Assembly (NCBI GenBank): GCA_031427995.1
Contig: JANPOM010000191.1
Coordinates: forward strand, 1 to 61,571
Direction of reading: 5' to 3'
Length of the DNA stretch: 61,571 bases
Source of the DNA: Anaeromyxobacter sp.
GTDB taxonomy: Bacteria; Myxococcota; Myxococcia; Myxococcales; Anaeromyxobacteraceae
This document shows, piece after piece, positions 1 to 9,495 of this stretch (positions within the stretch are counted from its first letter, which is position 1; the number at the start of each line of letters is the position of its first letter). A program made the translations under genes and the position numbers. A model generated the notes under the pieces. It made no database searches. It was not told where the DNA came from and saw nothing but the letters and a program-made list of their open reading frames with translations.

Positions 1-79
1 GCCGCCTGCGCGAGCGTCACACGGTGTTTGCACTTGAGCCTTCTGGCCGACACCTCGGCCAGCTATTCAGGGTCCCGCG

Positions 80-685
80 ATGGAAGCTGATCGAGACCAA
101 CAGGGTATGCAGCAGCTGGCGGCGGCGCCTCGCGGCGGCGCGGTCGGCGTCAACGCGGTCGTGGCCGGGGGGCTCTTCTCCCGGCTGCTCGCCTGGGACC
201 AGGCGACCCTTCTCGCGGCGCGCCGGTGGCGCACCCCGAGGCGGACCGCGGTGGCCCGGGCCCTCACCCGCCTTGGAGATGCCGGCGGGTGGACCTTCGT
301 CGGTCTGGCTTTCTTCGCGACCTTTGACCCGGCCGGGATCGCCCTCGGGCTCCGGCTCTCCGTCGCCGCCCTCTTCGCCACGGTGCTGTCGCAGTCGCTC
401 AAGCGGATCTTGCACCGGGCCCGCCCCGACCTCGCCATCGCCGGCTTCGTCCCCGAGGCGGCCAACCCGGACCGCTTCAGCTTCCCATCCGGCCATACCT
501 GCGCCGCCTTCGCCGTTGCGCTCGCCTTCGTCGGAGTCCCCTTGGGCCTCGGCTACCTATTCCTGGCGCTCGCCATCGGCATCGGCGCCTCGCGCGTCTA
601 CCTCGGCGCCCACTTCCCGCTCGACGTCGGCGCGGGGGCCCTGCTCGGCAGCATGGCCGGGCTGGTGACGCACCTGATCTTCTAG
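80..685 (+). CDS. PAP2-superfamily phosphatase (membrane)
   Basis: 201-aa ORF with PAP2 motifs KRILHRARP ... SFPSGH ... SRVYLGAHFPLDV. Hydrophobic segments. Confidence 0.85.
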   Translation: MEADRDQQGMQQLAAAPRGGAVGVNAVVAGGLFSRLLAWDQATLLAARRWRTPRRTAVARALTRLGDAGGWTFVGLAFFATFDPAGIALGLRLSVAALFATVLSQSLKRILHRARPDLAIAGFVPEAANPDRFSFPSGHTCAAFAVALAFVGVPLGLGYLFLALAIGIGASRVYLGAHFPLDVGAGALLGSMAGLVTHLIF

Positions 686-703
686 TCGCGGTCGGGTCGC
701 GGG

Positions 704-1483
704 ATGATCCGCCGCGGCCTGCTCGCTGCCCTGCTCGCGCTCGCTTCGCTCGCCGCCACGCCGGCGTCTGCCCAGCAGGCGCGCCGGGCCCTCTCGGTCG
801 CCGCGGCCGCCAACCTGAAGACCGCCGCCGAGGAGCTGAAGCGCGGCTTCGAGGCGGAGCGGCCCGGCGTCGAGGTGACGCTGACGCTCGGCGCCTCGGG
901 GACCTTCTTCTCCCAGATCCAGAACGGCGCCCCGTTCGACCTCTTCCTCTCGGCCGACCGCGACTACCCGGCCAGGCTGGTGGCGGCCGGGCTGGGCGGG
1001 GCGGCCGACGAGCGCGTCTACGCCATCGGCGCGCTGGTGGCCTGGCTCCCGCCCGGCTCGACGCTCGACCTCGAGAAGCGCGGGCTGGCGGCGCTGGCCG
1101 ATCCTGAGGTGAAGCGGATCGCCATCGCCAACCCGGCCGTGGCCCCGTTCGGCCAGGTCACCGTGGCAGCCCTCAAGGCGGCCGGCGTCCACGAGGCCGT
1201 GAGGGAGAAGCTGGTGCTCGGCACCAGCGTCGGGCAGGCGGCGCAGTTCGCCACCACCGGCGCCGCCGACGTCGCCTTCCTCCCCCTCTCGCTCACCCTC
1301 GGGAAGGAGCTCTCCTGCGGCCGCACCTGGCCGGTGCCCGAGGCGCTCTACCCCCGTATCGAGCAGTCGGGCGTCGTGCTGTCCGCCAGCAAGGCGCCGG
1401 CCCTGGCCCGCGCCTTCCTCGCCTTCATCACCGGCGAGAAGGGGCGGGCCATCCTGGCCCGCTCCGGGTACGGGTTGCCGTAG
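704..1483 (+). CDS. modA: molybdate ABC transporter substrate-binding protein
   Basis: Signal peptide MIRRGLLAALLALASLAATPASAQQ. ModA-like AAANL...LGASGTFFSQIQNGAPFDLFLSAD. No modBC follows, so it is an orphan. Confidence 0.8.
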   Translation: MIRRGLLAALLALASLAATPASAQQARRALSVAAAANLKTAAEELKRGFEAERPGVEVTLTLGASGTFFSQIQNGAPFDLFLSADRDYPARLVAAGLGGAADERVYAIGALVAWLPPGSTLDLEKRGLAALADPEVKRIAIANPAVAPFGQVTVAALKAAGVHEAVREKLVLGTSVGQAAQFATTGAADVAFLPLSLTLGKELSCGRTWPVPEALYPRIEQSGVVLSASKAPALARAFLAFITGEKGRAILARSGYGLP

Positions 1484-1585
1484 GGGCCCGATCGGAGCCC
1501 CTCCTTCGCAACTTTGGGCGCCCAAAGTGGATTTCGGGGGAGTCGGCGCGAGCCTTCTTGTCCGGTGCGTGGAGCGCTCTGCGTG

Positions 1586-1747
1586 TTAGGCGGCCACTCG
1601 CCCCGCAGCCCTCCAGCGGCGCTCACCCTTCACGTCGAAGGCGACCGGCAGCCCGAGCGCCACCAGCGCGTCGAGTGGCGCTTGGAGATCGGGTCGCTGG
1701 GGCGCGCCGGAGGCCGACCACTTGACGATGACGGCCTCGGCCAGCAT
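1586..1747 (-). CDS. hypothetical small protein (53 aa), speculative
   Basis: ATG..TAA ORF in the modA/phoU gap: MLAEAVIVKWSASGAPQRPDLQAPLDALVALGLPVAFDVKGERRWRAAGRVAA. High GC3. No recognisable domain. Confidence 0.2.
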   Translation of the reverse strand: MLAEAVIVKWSASGAPQRPDLQAPLDALVALGLPVAFDVKGERRWRAAGRVAA

Positions 1748-1825
1748 GGAACTTGGAGTCTACACGGGCGGTGGACCAGTGTGCGTACCAGCCGCCGACC
1801 TCCCCGCATCTCCCCGCCCGCCGCC

Positions 1826-2503
1826 TCAGGCCTTGTTCTTGGCGTGGCGCACGTCGGTGCCACTCACCATGAAGATCACCATCTCGGCCAGGTTGGTGGC
1901 GTGATCGCCGAAGCGCTCCAGGTGCTTGGCCGAGAACATCAGCGCGGTGGCGCGCCGGATGCTGCGCGGGTCCTCCATCATGGTGGTGAGCAGCTCGTTG
2001 AAGACCTTGAGGTAGAGGGCGTCGAGGTGGTCGTCGGCCTCCAGCACCTCCTCGGCCTTGACCGGGTCGGCGGTGACGAAGGCGTCGAGCGCCTTGGCCA
2101 GCGCCGCCTCGCTGAGCGCCGCCAGCCGCCCCAGGTCGTGCATGGGGCGGAGCGGCGGCGTCTGGGCCAGGTCAACGGCCCGCCTGGCGATGTTGACGGC
2201 GAGGTCCCCCATGCGCTCGAGGTCGGTGACGATCTTGAGGGCGGTGGTGATGAAGCGAAGATCGCTGGCGGCCGGCTGGCGGAGGGCGAGGATGCGGCGG
2301 CAGACGCCGTCGATGTCGACCTCCATCCGGTTGATCGTCTGGTCCTTCCTGATCACCTGTTCGGCCAGCACGGCGTCCCGCTCGATGATGGCGCGCACGC
2401 TCCCGGCCATGGCCGCCTCGACCAGCCCGCCCATCTCCAGCAGCCGCTCTCGCAGCCCGTTGAGTTCGGCCTGGTACGACTTGTCGATGTGGGTCTTGAC
2501 CAT
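1826..2503 (-). CDS. phoU: phosphate signalling complex protein PhoU
   Basis: 225 aa. PhoU two-repeat architecture (..LERMGDLAVNIA.. and ..LERFGDHATNLAE..). Last gene of the pst operon. Confidence 0.92.
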   Translation of the reverse strand: MVKTHIDKSYQAELNGLRERLLEMGGLVEAAMAGSVRAIIERDAVLAEQVIRKDQTINRMEVDIDGVCRRILALRQPAASDLRFITTALKIVTDLERMGDLAVNIARRAVDLAQTPPLRPMHDLGRLAALSEAALAKALDAFVTADPVKAEEVLEADDHLDALYLKVFNELLTTMMEDPRSIRRATALMFSAKHLERFGDHATNLAEMVIFMVSGTDVRHAKNKA

Positions 2504-2532
2504 GTCTCTCCCCGAATCCCGGCGCGGTGAGG

Positions 2533-3315
2533 TTACCCGAACTTGCCGGTGACGTAGTCCTCGGTTCGTGGCTCGCGAGGGTTGGTGAAGATCTGCTCGG
2601 TGGGGCCCACCTCGACCAGCTCGCCCAAGTAGAAGAACGCGGTGGTGTCGGAGACCCGCGCCGCCTGCTGCATGTTGTGGGTGACGATGGCGATGGTGTA
2701 GCGGGCCTTGAGCTCGTGGATCAGGTCCTCGATCTTGGCGGTGGCGATCGGGTCGAGCGCCGAGGCCGGCTCGTCCATGAGAATCACCTCGGGCTGGACC
2801 GCCAGCGCCCGGGCGATGCAGAGCCGCTGCTGCTGCCCACCCGACAGGCCCATGGCGCTCTCGTGGAGCCGGTCCTTCACCTCGTCCCAGAGGGCGGCCC
2901 CCTGCAACGACCGGATCACCCGCTCCAGCAGCAACGTCTTGTCGTTGAGCCCGGCCACCCGCAGGCCGTAGGCCACGTTCTCGAAGATGGTCTTCGGGAA
3001 CGGGTTGGATTTCTGGAAGACCATCCCCACCCGCCGCCGCAGCTCCACGGCGTCGAGCCGGCCGTCCACCACGCTCTCCCCGTCGAGCAGCACCTCGCCC
3101 GTCATGGAGGCGCCGGGGATGAGGTCGTTCATCCTGTTGAGGGCGCGCAGGAAGGTCGACTTGCCGCAGCCCGAAGGGCCGATCAGGGCGGTCACCTGCC
3201 TCTCGGCCAGGACCAGGTCGACGTCGTTCACGGCGACCTTCTCGCCGTAGGCGATCCGCAGCCTCTTCGCCTCCATCTTGGGGCGCGGTGCCGGGGTGGT
3301 GCGGTCGGGGCTCAT
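2533..3315 (-). CDS. pstB: phosphate ABC transporter ATP-binding protein PstB
   Basis: Walker [10 protein letters not shown], signature LSGGQQQRL, Walker [12 protein letters not shown]. Typical PstB C-terminus EDYVTGKFG. Confidence 0.95.
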   Translation of the reverse strand: MSPDRTTPAPRPKMEAKRLRIAYGEKVAVNDVDLVLAERQVTALIGPSGCGKSTFLRALNRMNDLIPGASMTGEVLLDGESVVDGRLDAVELRRRVGMVFQKSNPFPKTIFENVAYGLRVAGLNDKTLLLERVIRSLQGAALWDEVKDRLHESAMGLSGGQQQRLCIARALAVQPEVILMDEPASALDPIATAKIEDLIHELKARYTIAIVTHNMQQAARVSDTTAFFYLGELVEVGPTEQIFTNPREPRTEDYVTGKFG

Positions 3316-3363
3316 CTGCTCGGGCTCATGGTGTGGGGCTCATCGTCCAGGGCGAAGTTCGAT

Positions 3364-4275
3364 TCAGTGGCCGGCGGCGGCGCGGCGGGTCCGCACCCGC
3401 AGCAAGATGGCGATCAGGTTGAGTAGGAAGGTCAGCGAGAGGAGAACCAGGACGGTGGCGTAGAGGAGCGGCTTGGTGGCCTCCACGTCGGTGGACTGCG
3501 TGGCCAGCACGTAGACGTGGTAGCCGAGGTGCATGAACTGGCTGAACGGGCCGTTGGGCAGGTCGGGGAGGAAGTAGGCCACGCCGGTGAAGAGGATGGG
3601 GGCGACCTCGCCGGCGCCGCGGGCCACCGCCAGGATGGCGCCGGTGAGGATGCCCGGGACGGCGCTCGGCAGGATGACGCGGACCAGGGTCTGCGACTTG
3701 GTGGCCCCCAGCGCCAGCGAGGCGTCGCGCCAATCGCGCGGCACGGCTCGCAACGCCTCCTCGGTGGAGACGATCACCACCGGAAGCGCCAGCACCGCCA
3801 GCGTCAGGGCCGCCCAGATCAGCGCCGGCTGGCCGTAGCGGAGCGTGGCCTCGGGCGAGAAGGCCCGGTCCATGTTTCGACCCAGGAACTGGATGAAGAA
3901 GCCGAGGCCGAAGAGGCCGAAGACGATGGAGGGGACCCCGGCCAGGTTCTGCACCGCCACCCGGACCAGTCCCGCGAGGCGGGAGTCCGCGGGGGCGTAC
4001 TCGTGCAAGTATATCGCGGTGATGACGCCCACCGGCATCACCGCCACGGTCATGAGCAGGGTCAGGACGGCGGTGCCGTAGATGGCGGGGAAGATGCCGC
4101 CCTCGGTCATCCCCTCGCTCGGCGCCTGGGTGATGAACTCCAGTGAGAGGCGGGTCCAGCCGCCCGCCACCACGTCAGCGAGGATGAAGCCGAGCATGAC
4201 CACGATGACGAACGCGGCGGCCCCGGTCATGCCGGTCAGCCCGGCGCCCACCAGCTTGCGGGAGGCGAGGTTCAA
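3364..4275 (-). CDS. pstA: phosphate ABC transporter permease PstA
   Basis: 303-aa polytopic permease with EAA-like loop EEALRAVPRDWRDASLALGATKSQT. Its start overlaps the pstC stop by 4 nt. Confidence 0.9.
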   Translation of the reverse strand: MNLASRKLVGAGLTGMTGAAAFVIVVMLGFILADVVAGGWTRLSLEFITQAPSEGMTEGGIFPAIYGTAVLTLLMTVAVMPVGVITAIYLHEYAPADSRLAGLVRVAVQNLAGVPSIVFGLFGLGFFIQFLGRNMDRAFSPEATLRYGQPALIWAALTLAVLALPVVIVSTEEALRAVPRDWRDASLALGATKSQTLVRVILPSAVPGILTGAILAVARGAGEVAPILFTGVAYFLPDLPNGPFSQFMHLGYHVYVLATQSTDVEATKPLLYATVLVLLSLTFLLNLIAILLRVRTRRAAAGH

Positions 4276-5312
4276 GCCCTGGCCCCCGACATCTTGCGGA
4301 CCAGCCGGCGCACCGCCACCGAGGCCAAGCTGTTGAGGATGAAGGTGAAGAGGAAGAGCTCGATGCCGATGAAGAAGAGCACCGCGTAGTGGCCGCCGCC
4401 GACGACCACCTCGCCCATCTCGGCGGCGATGGTGGCGGGCAACGTCCGGATCGAGTCGCCGAAGGACCAGGTGGTGGTGGCGGCGTTGCCGGAGGCCATC
4501 AGCACGATCATGGTCTCGCCGATGGCGCGGCCGAAGCCGAGCACCACCGCGGCCAGCACGCCGGGGGCGGCTGCCGGCAGGACCACACGGAAGGCGGTCT
4601 CCCAGCGGGTGGCCCCCAGCGCCAGGGAGGCCTCCCGGAAGGCGCGCGGGACCGCGGTGAGGGCGTCCTCGCTGACCGTGTAGATGACCGGGATGATGGT
4701 GAGGGCCAAGGCCAGGCCGGCGCCCACCGCGTTGAGGCGCGAGGTGAAACCGAAGGCTGACTGGAGCCAGGAGGCGAGCACCACCAGGGCAAAGAAGCCC
4801 AGCACCACCGAAGGGATCCCGGCCAGCAGCTCGATGGTCGGCTTGAGCACCTCTCGCAGGCGCGGCGGGGCGAACTCGGAGGAGAAGATGGCGGAGGCGA
4901 TGCCGAGCGGCACCGCCACCAGCATGGCCACCGTGGTGACCTTCAAGGTGCCGACGAAGAGCGGGACCATCGAGTACTTGGGGATGTCGCCGACCGGCTG
5001 CCAGATGAACGCCGCGGGGCGGCCGGCGCGCCAGACCTGGGGCAGGAACATCCGCGCCAGGTCGGTCTCCTTGGCCACCTCCGGGTCGGTGAAGAGCGGG
5101 AGGGCTTCGCGGGCGACGAAGACGAAGATGAGGACGACGGCGGCCATCCCGGTGAGGGCCACGAGCGTGATGCCGAGCTCGATGGCCATCTCCTGGACCT
5201 GCCGCCGCCGGACCGCCGCGGCCGGGGAGGCCGGGCGTCGCTTGAGGCTGGTCGATGTGACCGTCACGGGGCCTGATCTCTCAACAACAGATGTCGGACC
5301 CGTGGCGGCCAT
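4272..5312 (-). CDS. pstC: phosphate ABC transporter permease PstC
   Basis: 346-aa permease with loop SEDALTAVPRAFREASLALGATRWET. The N-terminal start is uncertain. Confidence 0.9.
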   Translation of the reverse strand: MAATGPTSVVERSGPVTVTSTSLKRRPASPAAAVRRRQVQEMAIELGITLVALTGMAAVVLIFVFVAREALPLFTDPEVAKETDLARMFLPQVWRAGRPAAFIWQPVGDIPKYSMVPLFVGTLKVTTVAMLVAVPLGIASAIFSSEFAPPRLREVLKPTIELLAGIPSVVLGFFALVVLASWLQSAFGFTSRLNAVGAGLALALTIIPVIYTVSEDALTAVPRAFREASLALGATRWETAFRVVLPAAAPGVLAAVVLGFGRAIGETMIVLMASGNAATTTWSFGDSIRTLPATIAAEMGEVVVGGGHYAVLFFIGIELFLFTFILNSLASVAVRRLVRKMSGARA

Positions 5313-5332
5313 GTGACGGGCAGGTGACGGCG

Positions 5333-6151
5333 TTACTTGACGGGGTAGTAACCCACCTGGGTGACGATTGCCTGGCCCTCGGTGGAGAGGCAGTAGTCGA
5401 TGAACTCCTTGGCCTCCCCGCTCGGCTTGCCGCGCGTGTACATGAACAGGTGCCGCCAGAGGGGGTACTTGCCGGAGGCCACGTTCTCGGCGGTCGGCAG
5501 GTAGCCCTGGCCGTCCTGGCCGACCACCTTGAGCTCCTTGACGCCCTTGGCGTAGGCGGCGCCGCCGTAGCCGATGCCGTTCTTCTCCTTGGAGACGGCG
5601 TTGACCACCGCGGCCGTGCCCGGGAGGGTCTGGGCGCTGGCGGCGAAGTCCTCGCCCTTGAGCACGTTGTCCTTGAAGAAGACGTAGGTGCCGGAGGAGT
5701 TCTCGCGGGAGTAGAGGACGATGGGGGCGTCGGCGCCGCCGACCGCCTTCCAGTTGGTCACGTCGCCCTGGTAGATGGTCCGGAGCTGGGCCAGCGTGAG
5801 CTGGGTGACGCCGTTCGACTCGTGCACGTAGACGGCCAGCCCGTCCTTGGCCGCTGGGGTCTCGGTCGGGAGCAGGTTGTAGCGCTCACGGACCTTGCCC
5901 TTCTCGTCGCTCTTCATGCCGCGCGAGGCGGTGGCGACCTCGGTGGTCCCGTTGATGAGGGCGGCGATGCCGGTGCCGGAGCCGCCACCGGTCACCTGGA
6001 CCTTCTTGCCGGCGTTCTTCTTCATGTAGTTCTCGGCCCAGCGCTGGGCGAGGATGACCATGGTGTCCGAACCCTTGACGGTCACGGCGGCCTGCGAGAC
6101 GGCCGGCGCGAAGGTCAGGGCGGTGAGCACTGCGAATGCGATGCGCTTCAT
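5333..6151 (-). CDS. pstS: phosphate ABC transporter substrate-binding protein PstS
   Basis: The ORF track gives 5333..6295. The plausible start is the internal Met before signal peptide MKRIAFAVLTALTFAPAVSQA (ATG at 6151). PBP-like body GGGSGTGIAALINGT. Confidence 0.88.
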   Translation of the reverse strand: MKRIAFAVLTALTFAPAVSQAAVTVKGSDTMVILAQRWAENYMKKNAGKKVQVTGGGSGTGIAALINGTTEVATASRGMKSDEKGKVRERYNLLPTETPAAKDGLAVYVHESNGVTQLTLAQLRTIYQGDVTNWKAVGGADAPIVLYSRENSSGTYVFFKDNVLKGEDFAASAQTLPGTAAVVNAVSKEKNGIGYGGAAYAKGVKELKVVGQDGQGYLPTAENVASGKYPLWRHLFMYTRGKPSGEAKEFIDYCLSTEGQAIVTQVGYYPVK

Positions 6152-6176
6152 GTGGTGTCTCCTGGTGACGTGGGGG

Positions 6177-7385
6177 CTAGAACTTGACCTGGGCCTGGAG
6201 GATGTACTGGTCGGCCTTGGGGTCGGACGGGGCGGCCGCGCCCTTCTCGCCGTTGACGGGGTGGTACCAGGCCGCGGAGACCTTGGCGTTGGCACCCACG
6301 AAGGCGTGGACGGCGACCTGCACCTCTTGCTGGACCTTGACGGTGGTGCTGGTGGGGGACGAGATGCTGACGGTATGGTTCGGCATGTACTGCTCGTACT
6401 TGACCGCCAGCTGGAAGGGCTGCCCGATGTTCTGCAGCAGGATGGCGTAGAAGCCGGAGCCGGTCGGGACCGGGGCCGCCGTGGTCAGGCTGCCCAGGTT
6501 GGCGCCGGCGCCGAGGTTGCCGCTGGCGGTGCCGATGGTGGTGTGGCCCCACATGTACTCGCCCTTGACGGCGGTGCCGCCGATGGGGAGCAGGTCGAGG
6601 AAGAGCTGGGCGTCGATGGCCACCCGGTTGCGGTCGAACTCCTTGTCGTCGGCGCGGGCATGGACCTTGGTCTTGCCGTACCAGCCGGAGAGGCCGGCGG
6701 TCAGCATCCCCATGTCGACCCAGGCGCGGCCGATGAGGTCCTTGAGCTGGTCGTTGTCCTTCCCCAGCTGCCCGGAGTCGACGCCGTTGCCGTTGAAGAG
6801 GCCGACCTTGAAGTTGACGATGGAGGCCTTGCCGCGCAGCGCCACGCCGAGGTCGTACTCGCCGGCCAGGAAGGCCCGGGTGACGCGGGAGCGCTCGAGC
6901 GTGTCGAGGTCGGAGGAGGAGCGGGTGAAGACCTCGTAGCCGAAGGGGAAGAGCTGGAGGCCGGCGTCCACGGCCAGGCCGTAGGGCAGCTTGATGCTGG
7001 CGTAGGCCTCCTTGACCGACAGGCCGGACGTGGTGGCGTCAAGCTGCAGCACATACTGCGACCAGTCGGCGTCATAGGCGGCCTTGAAGCGGCCGCGGCG
7101 GATGAAGAAGCCGCTCTGGGAGGGGGTGGTGGTGGCCGTGGCGGAGGCGTTGTAGTTGACCGCCTCCAGGTAGGCGAAGCGGGCCTGGATGTAGCCGGAG
7201 AGCTTGAGCTTCTTCAGCTTCTCGACGTCGGCCTTGGTCTCGGCGTACTGCTCGGTGAGCGACTCGACCTTGCCCTCGATCACGGCCGGGTCGAAGGCGG
7301 GAGCGGAGGCCTGGGCCTCCTGGGCGACCGCGACCGCGGGCGCGAGGGCCACGGCGGCGAGAACTGCGACGATGCGAGCGAACAT
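6177..7385 (-). CDS. outer-membrane porin, phosphate-selective (OprO/P-like) by context
   Basis: Signal peptide MFARIVAVLAAVALAPAVAVAQE. Alternating beta-strand pattern and C-terminal ...LQAQVKF. Embedded between phoR and pstS. Confidence 0.7.
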   Translation of the reverse strand: MFARIVAVLAAVALAPAVAVAQEAQASAPAFDPAVIEGKVESLTEQYAETKADVEKLKKLKLSGYIQARFAYLEAVNYNASATATTTPSQSGFFIRRGRFKAAYDADWSQYVLQLDATTSGLSVKEAYASIKLPYGLAVDAGLQLFPFGYEVFTRSSSDLDTLERSRVTRAFLAGEYDLGVALRGKASIVNFKVGLFNGNGVDSGQLGKDNDQLKDLIGRAWVDMGMLTAGLSGWYGKTKVHARADDKEFDRNRVAIDAQLFLDLLPIGGTAVKGEYMWGHTTIGTASGNLGAGANLGSLTTAAPVPTGSGFYAILLQNIGQPFQLAVKYEQYMPNHTVSISSPTSTTVKVQQEVQVAVHAFVGANAKVSAAWYHPVNGEKGAAAPSDPKADQYILQAQVKF

Positions 7386-7517
7386 GTGAACTGCCCCTTT
7401 GAGAGAGTGATGATCCCGAGCGCCTGCCCGGTACCGGGCTGTTCTAGGAGCGGCGCGTGGCGGCTACGGGGCGGCTTTGTTACGGATCGGTGAGAACGTC
7501 ACCGAGCGGCGGCCCAC

Positions 7518-8666
7518 TCAGGCCCGGCTGGAACTTGCTGCCGGGAGCCGGACCGTGAAGCAGGTCCCGGCCACGCCGCTCTCCACCCTGATCTCGCCGT
7601 GCATCCCCTGGACCAGGTGCTTGGCGATGGCCAGCCCCAGCCCGGTGCCGCCGGCCTCCCGGGCGCGGCCTGGATCGACCCGGTAGAAGCGCTCGAAGAG
7701 CCGCGCCATGTGGTGTGGCTCTATGCCCGGCCCGGTGTCGGCGACGGTGATCAGCACGTCGCTCTGGCGCACCATGGCCCGCAGCTCCACCGAGCCGCTC
7801 TGCGTGTACTTGATGGCGTTGTCGACGAGGTTGACCGCCACCTGCTCCAGCGCCCGCCCGTCGGCCATGGCCAGCAGCCCCTCGGGGACCTCCACCCGCA
7901 GCTCCAGCCCCTTCTTCCTGGCGGTGAGACCGTGCAGCTCGGCCACCTGCCGGCCCAGCTGGGCCAGCTCGACCGGCGCCACCTCGAAGCGCCACTGGCG
8001 CGACTCCAGGCGGGAGAGGTCGAGCAGGTCCTGGGTGAGCCGCGAGAGCCGCTCCGCTTGCCGGTGAACGATCTCGACGAAGCCGCGCGCCGACTCCTGC
8101 TGCTCGAGCGCACCGGAGAGCAGGGTCTCGGCGGCGCCCCGGATGGCGGCCACCGGCGTGCGCAGCTCGTGCGAGGCGTTGGCCACGAAGTCGCGCCGCG
8201 TGGCGGCGGCCCGCCGCTCCTCGGTCACGTCGCGCGCCAGGCAGAGCACCTCGCCGCGCAGCAGCGGCGTCAACTGCACCGAGAGGGCGCGGTGCTGCAG
8301 CTCGACCTCGAGCCGCCGCGCCGTCCCCTCCAGGGCCCGGCGCAGCGCCTCGGCCAGCTCGCCGCTCCTGGTCACCTCGATCGCGGTCAAGCCCGCCGCT
8401 CGGCCACTGGCCGAGAGGGCGTCGAAGGCGGCGTTGCAGACCCGCACCCGCCCGTCCACCGCCACCACGGCGGCCGCGTCGGGCAGCGAAGCCAGCAGCT
8501 CCGCCTCGGCCGGGTCGCGCACCGAGGCGAAGCGGCGAAGCTCGCGCTGCAGCAGCAGGCTGCCGAGCTCGGAGACCTCCTGCCCGAGATCGGCGTGCGG
8601 CCCACCGGCGAGCTCGGCGCGAAGCGCCTTGATGGCGGCCGAGAGCGGGGTCCGTCCGAGTGCCAT
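7518..8666 (-). CDS. phoR: PhoR-like sensor histidine kinase (PAS-HisKA-HATPase), apparently cytoplasmic
   Basis: H-box ASHELRTPVAAIRG, N-box VNLVDNAIKY, G-boxes DTGPGI / GTGLGLAI. I saw no N-terminal hydrophobic segments. Confidence 0.8.
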   Translation of the reverse strand: MALGRTPLSAAIKALRAELAGGPHADLGQEVSELGSLLLQRELRRFASVRDPAEAELLASLPDAAAVVAVDGRVRVCNAAFDALSASGRAAGLTAIEVTRSGELAEALRRALEGTARRLEVELQHRALSVQLTPLLRGEVLCLARDVTEERRAAATRRDFVANASHELRTPVAAIRGAAETLLSGALEQQESARGFVEIVHRQAERLSRLTQDLLDLSRLESRQWRFEVAPVELAQLGRQVAELHGLTARKKGLELRVEVPEGLLAMADGRALEQVAVNLVDNAIKYTQSGSVELRAMVRQSDVLITVADTGPGIEPHHMARLFERFYRVDPGRAREAGGTGLGLAIAKHLVQGMHGEIRVESGVAGTCFTVRLPAASSSRA

Positions 8667-8669
8667 CGC

Positions 8670-9380
8670 CTACGACCCCTTGTCGGCCGGATCGATCATC
8701 CGGTAACCGATACCACGCACCGTCTCGAGCAGGTCGCGCCCAGCCCCCAGCTTCTCGCGGAGCCGCTTGACGTGGGTGTCAACGGTCCGGGTCTCGACCT
8801 CGGGCGACATCTCCCAGACGTCCTCGAGCAGCTGCTCGCGCGACTGCACCCGCCCGAGCCGCGACATGAAGGTGGAGAGGAGCCGGAACTCGAGCGGGGT
8901 CAGGTCGATCTCGACGCCCTCGGCGAAGGCCCGGTGGGCCTCGACGTCGACGCGGATGGGGCCGACCTGCTGGCGCGGCCGCTCCACGGTCCGCCCGCCA
9001 CCGGCGCGCCGCAGCACCGCCTTGAGCCGCAGCACCAGCTCGCGGACGCTGAAGGGCTTGGTGACGTAGTCGTCGGCCCCAAGTTCGAAGCCGACCACCC
9101 TGTCGACCTCCTCGCCCTTGGCGGTGAGCATCACCACCGGAACATGCCGGGTGCGCGGATCCGACTTGATGCGCCGGCAAATCTCGGTGCCCGGCAGGTC
9201 GGGCAACATCAGGTCGAGCAGCACCAGGTCGGGGATGCGGCGCTTGAGGGCCAGCAGGGCCTCTTCGCCCCGCGTGGCCAGGATGGTCTCGAACCCGGCC
9301 GCGCGCAGGTTGAAGTCGAGGACCGAGAGAAGGTCACGCTCGTCGTCGCAGAGGAGAACCGTGGTCACGGGGGAGATCAC
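8670..9380 (-). CDS. phoB: OmpR-family response regulator PhoB/PhoP
   Basis: Receiver (LLCDDERD...LLDLMLPD...MLTAKG) plus winged-helix (LTPLEFRLL...GIGYRM). The start is more likely GTG at 9368, preceded by GAGGTGAT, than at 9380. Confidence 0.88.
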   Translation of the reverse strand: MISPVTTVLLCDDERDLLSVLDFNLRAAGFETILATRGEEALLALKRRIPDLVLLDLMLPDLPGTEICRRIKSDPRTRHVPVVMLTAKGEEVDRVVGFELGADDYVTKPFSVRELVLRLKAVLRRAGGGRTVERPRQQVGPIRVDVEAHRAFAEGVEIDLTPLEFRLLSTFMSRLGRVQSREQLLEDVWEMSPEVETRTVDTHVKRLREKLGAGRDLLETVRGIGYRMIDPADKGS

Positions 9381-9495
9381 CTCACGTCACGGTGACAGGC
9401 CGGTGGCCGGCGCGCAACGGAACGGTGACGTCGTCACCTGGGGTGCCCCCGCCGGGGTCCCGTCCGGCCCCGCTCCGGGGTACCATGGCGGGCTC

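Noticed and set aside
1484-1502. Hairpin GGGGCCCGATCGGAGCCCC just after the modA stop, considered as an intrinsic terminator
   Set aside because: The stem is plausible, but it is followed by TCCTTCGC rather than a T-tract. Left unannotated.
7426-7439. 14-bp perfect palindrome GCCCGGTACCGGGC upstream of the porin gene
   Set aside because: It could be a small hairpin or operator. But short GC-rich palindromes are expected by chance at this base composition, and no second copy or U-tract was seen.
9381-9446. Inverted repeats GTCAC-G-GTGAC and GGTGAC-GTC-GTCACC upstream of phoB, plus CGGTGA-N5-TCACCG at 7488..7504 and GTCACC before pstS, considered as Pho boxes
   Set aside because: GTCAC is part of the enterobacterial Pho-box repeat. 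However, these sites are inverted rather than direct 11-bp-spaced repeats, and one abuts the start codon. GGTGAC/GTCACC hexamers are also frequent in this GC-rich sequence. Without statistics or comparative data the evidence is insufficient.
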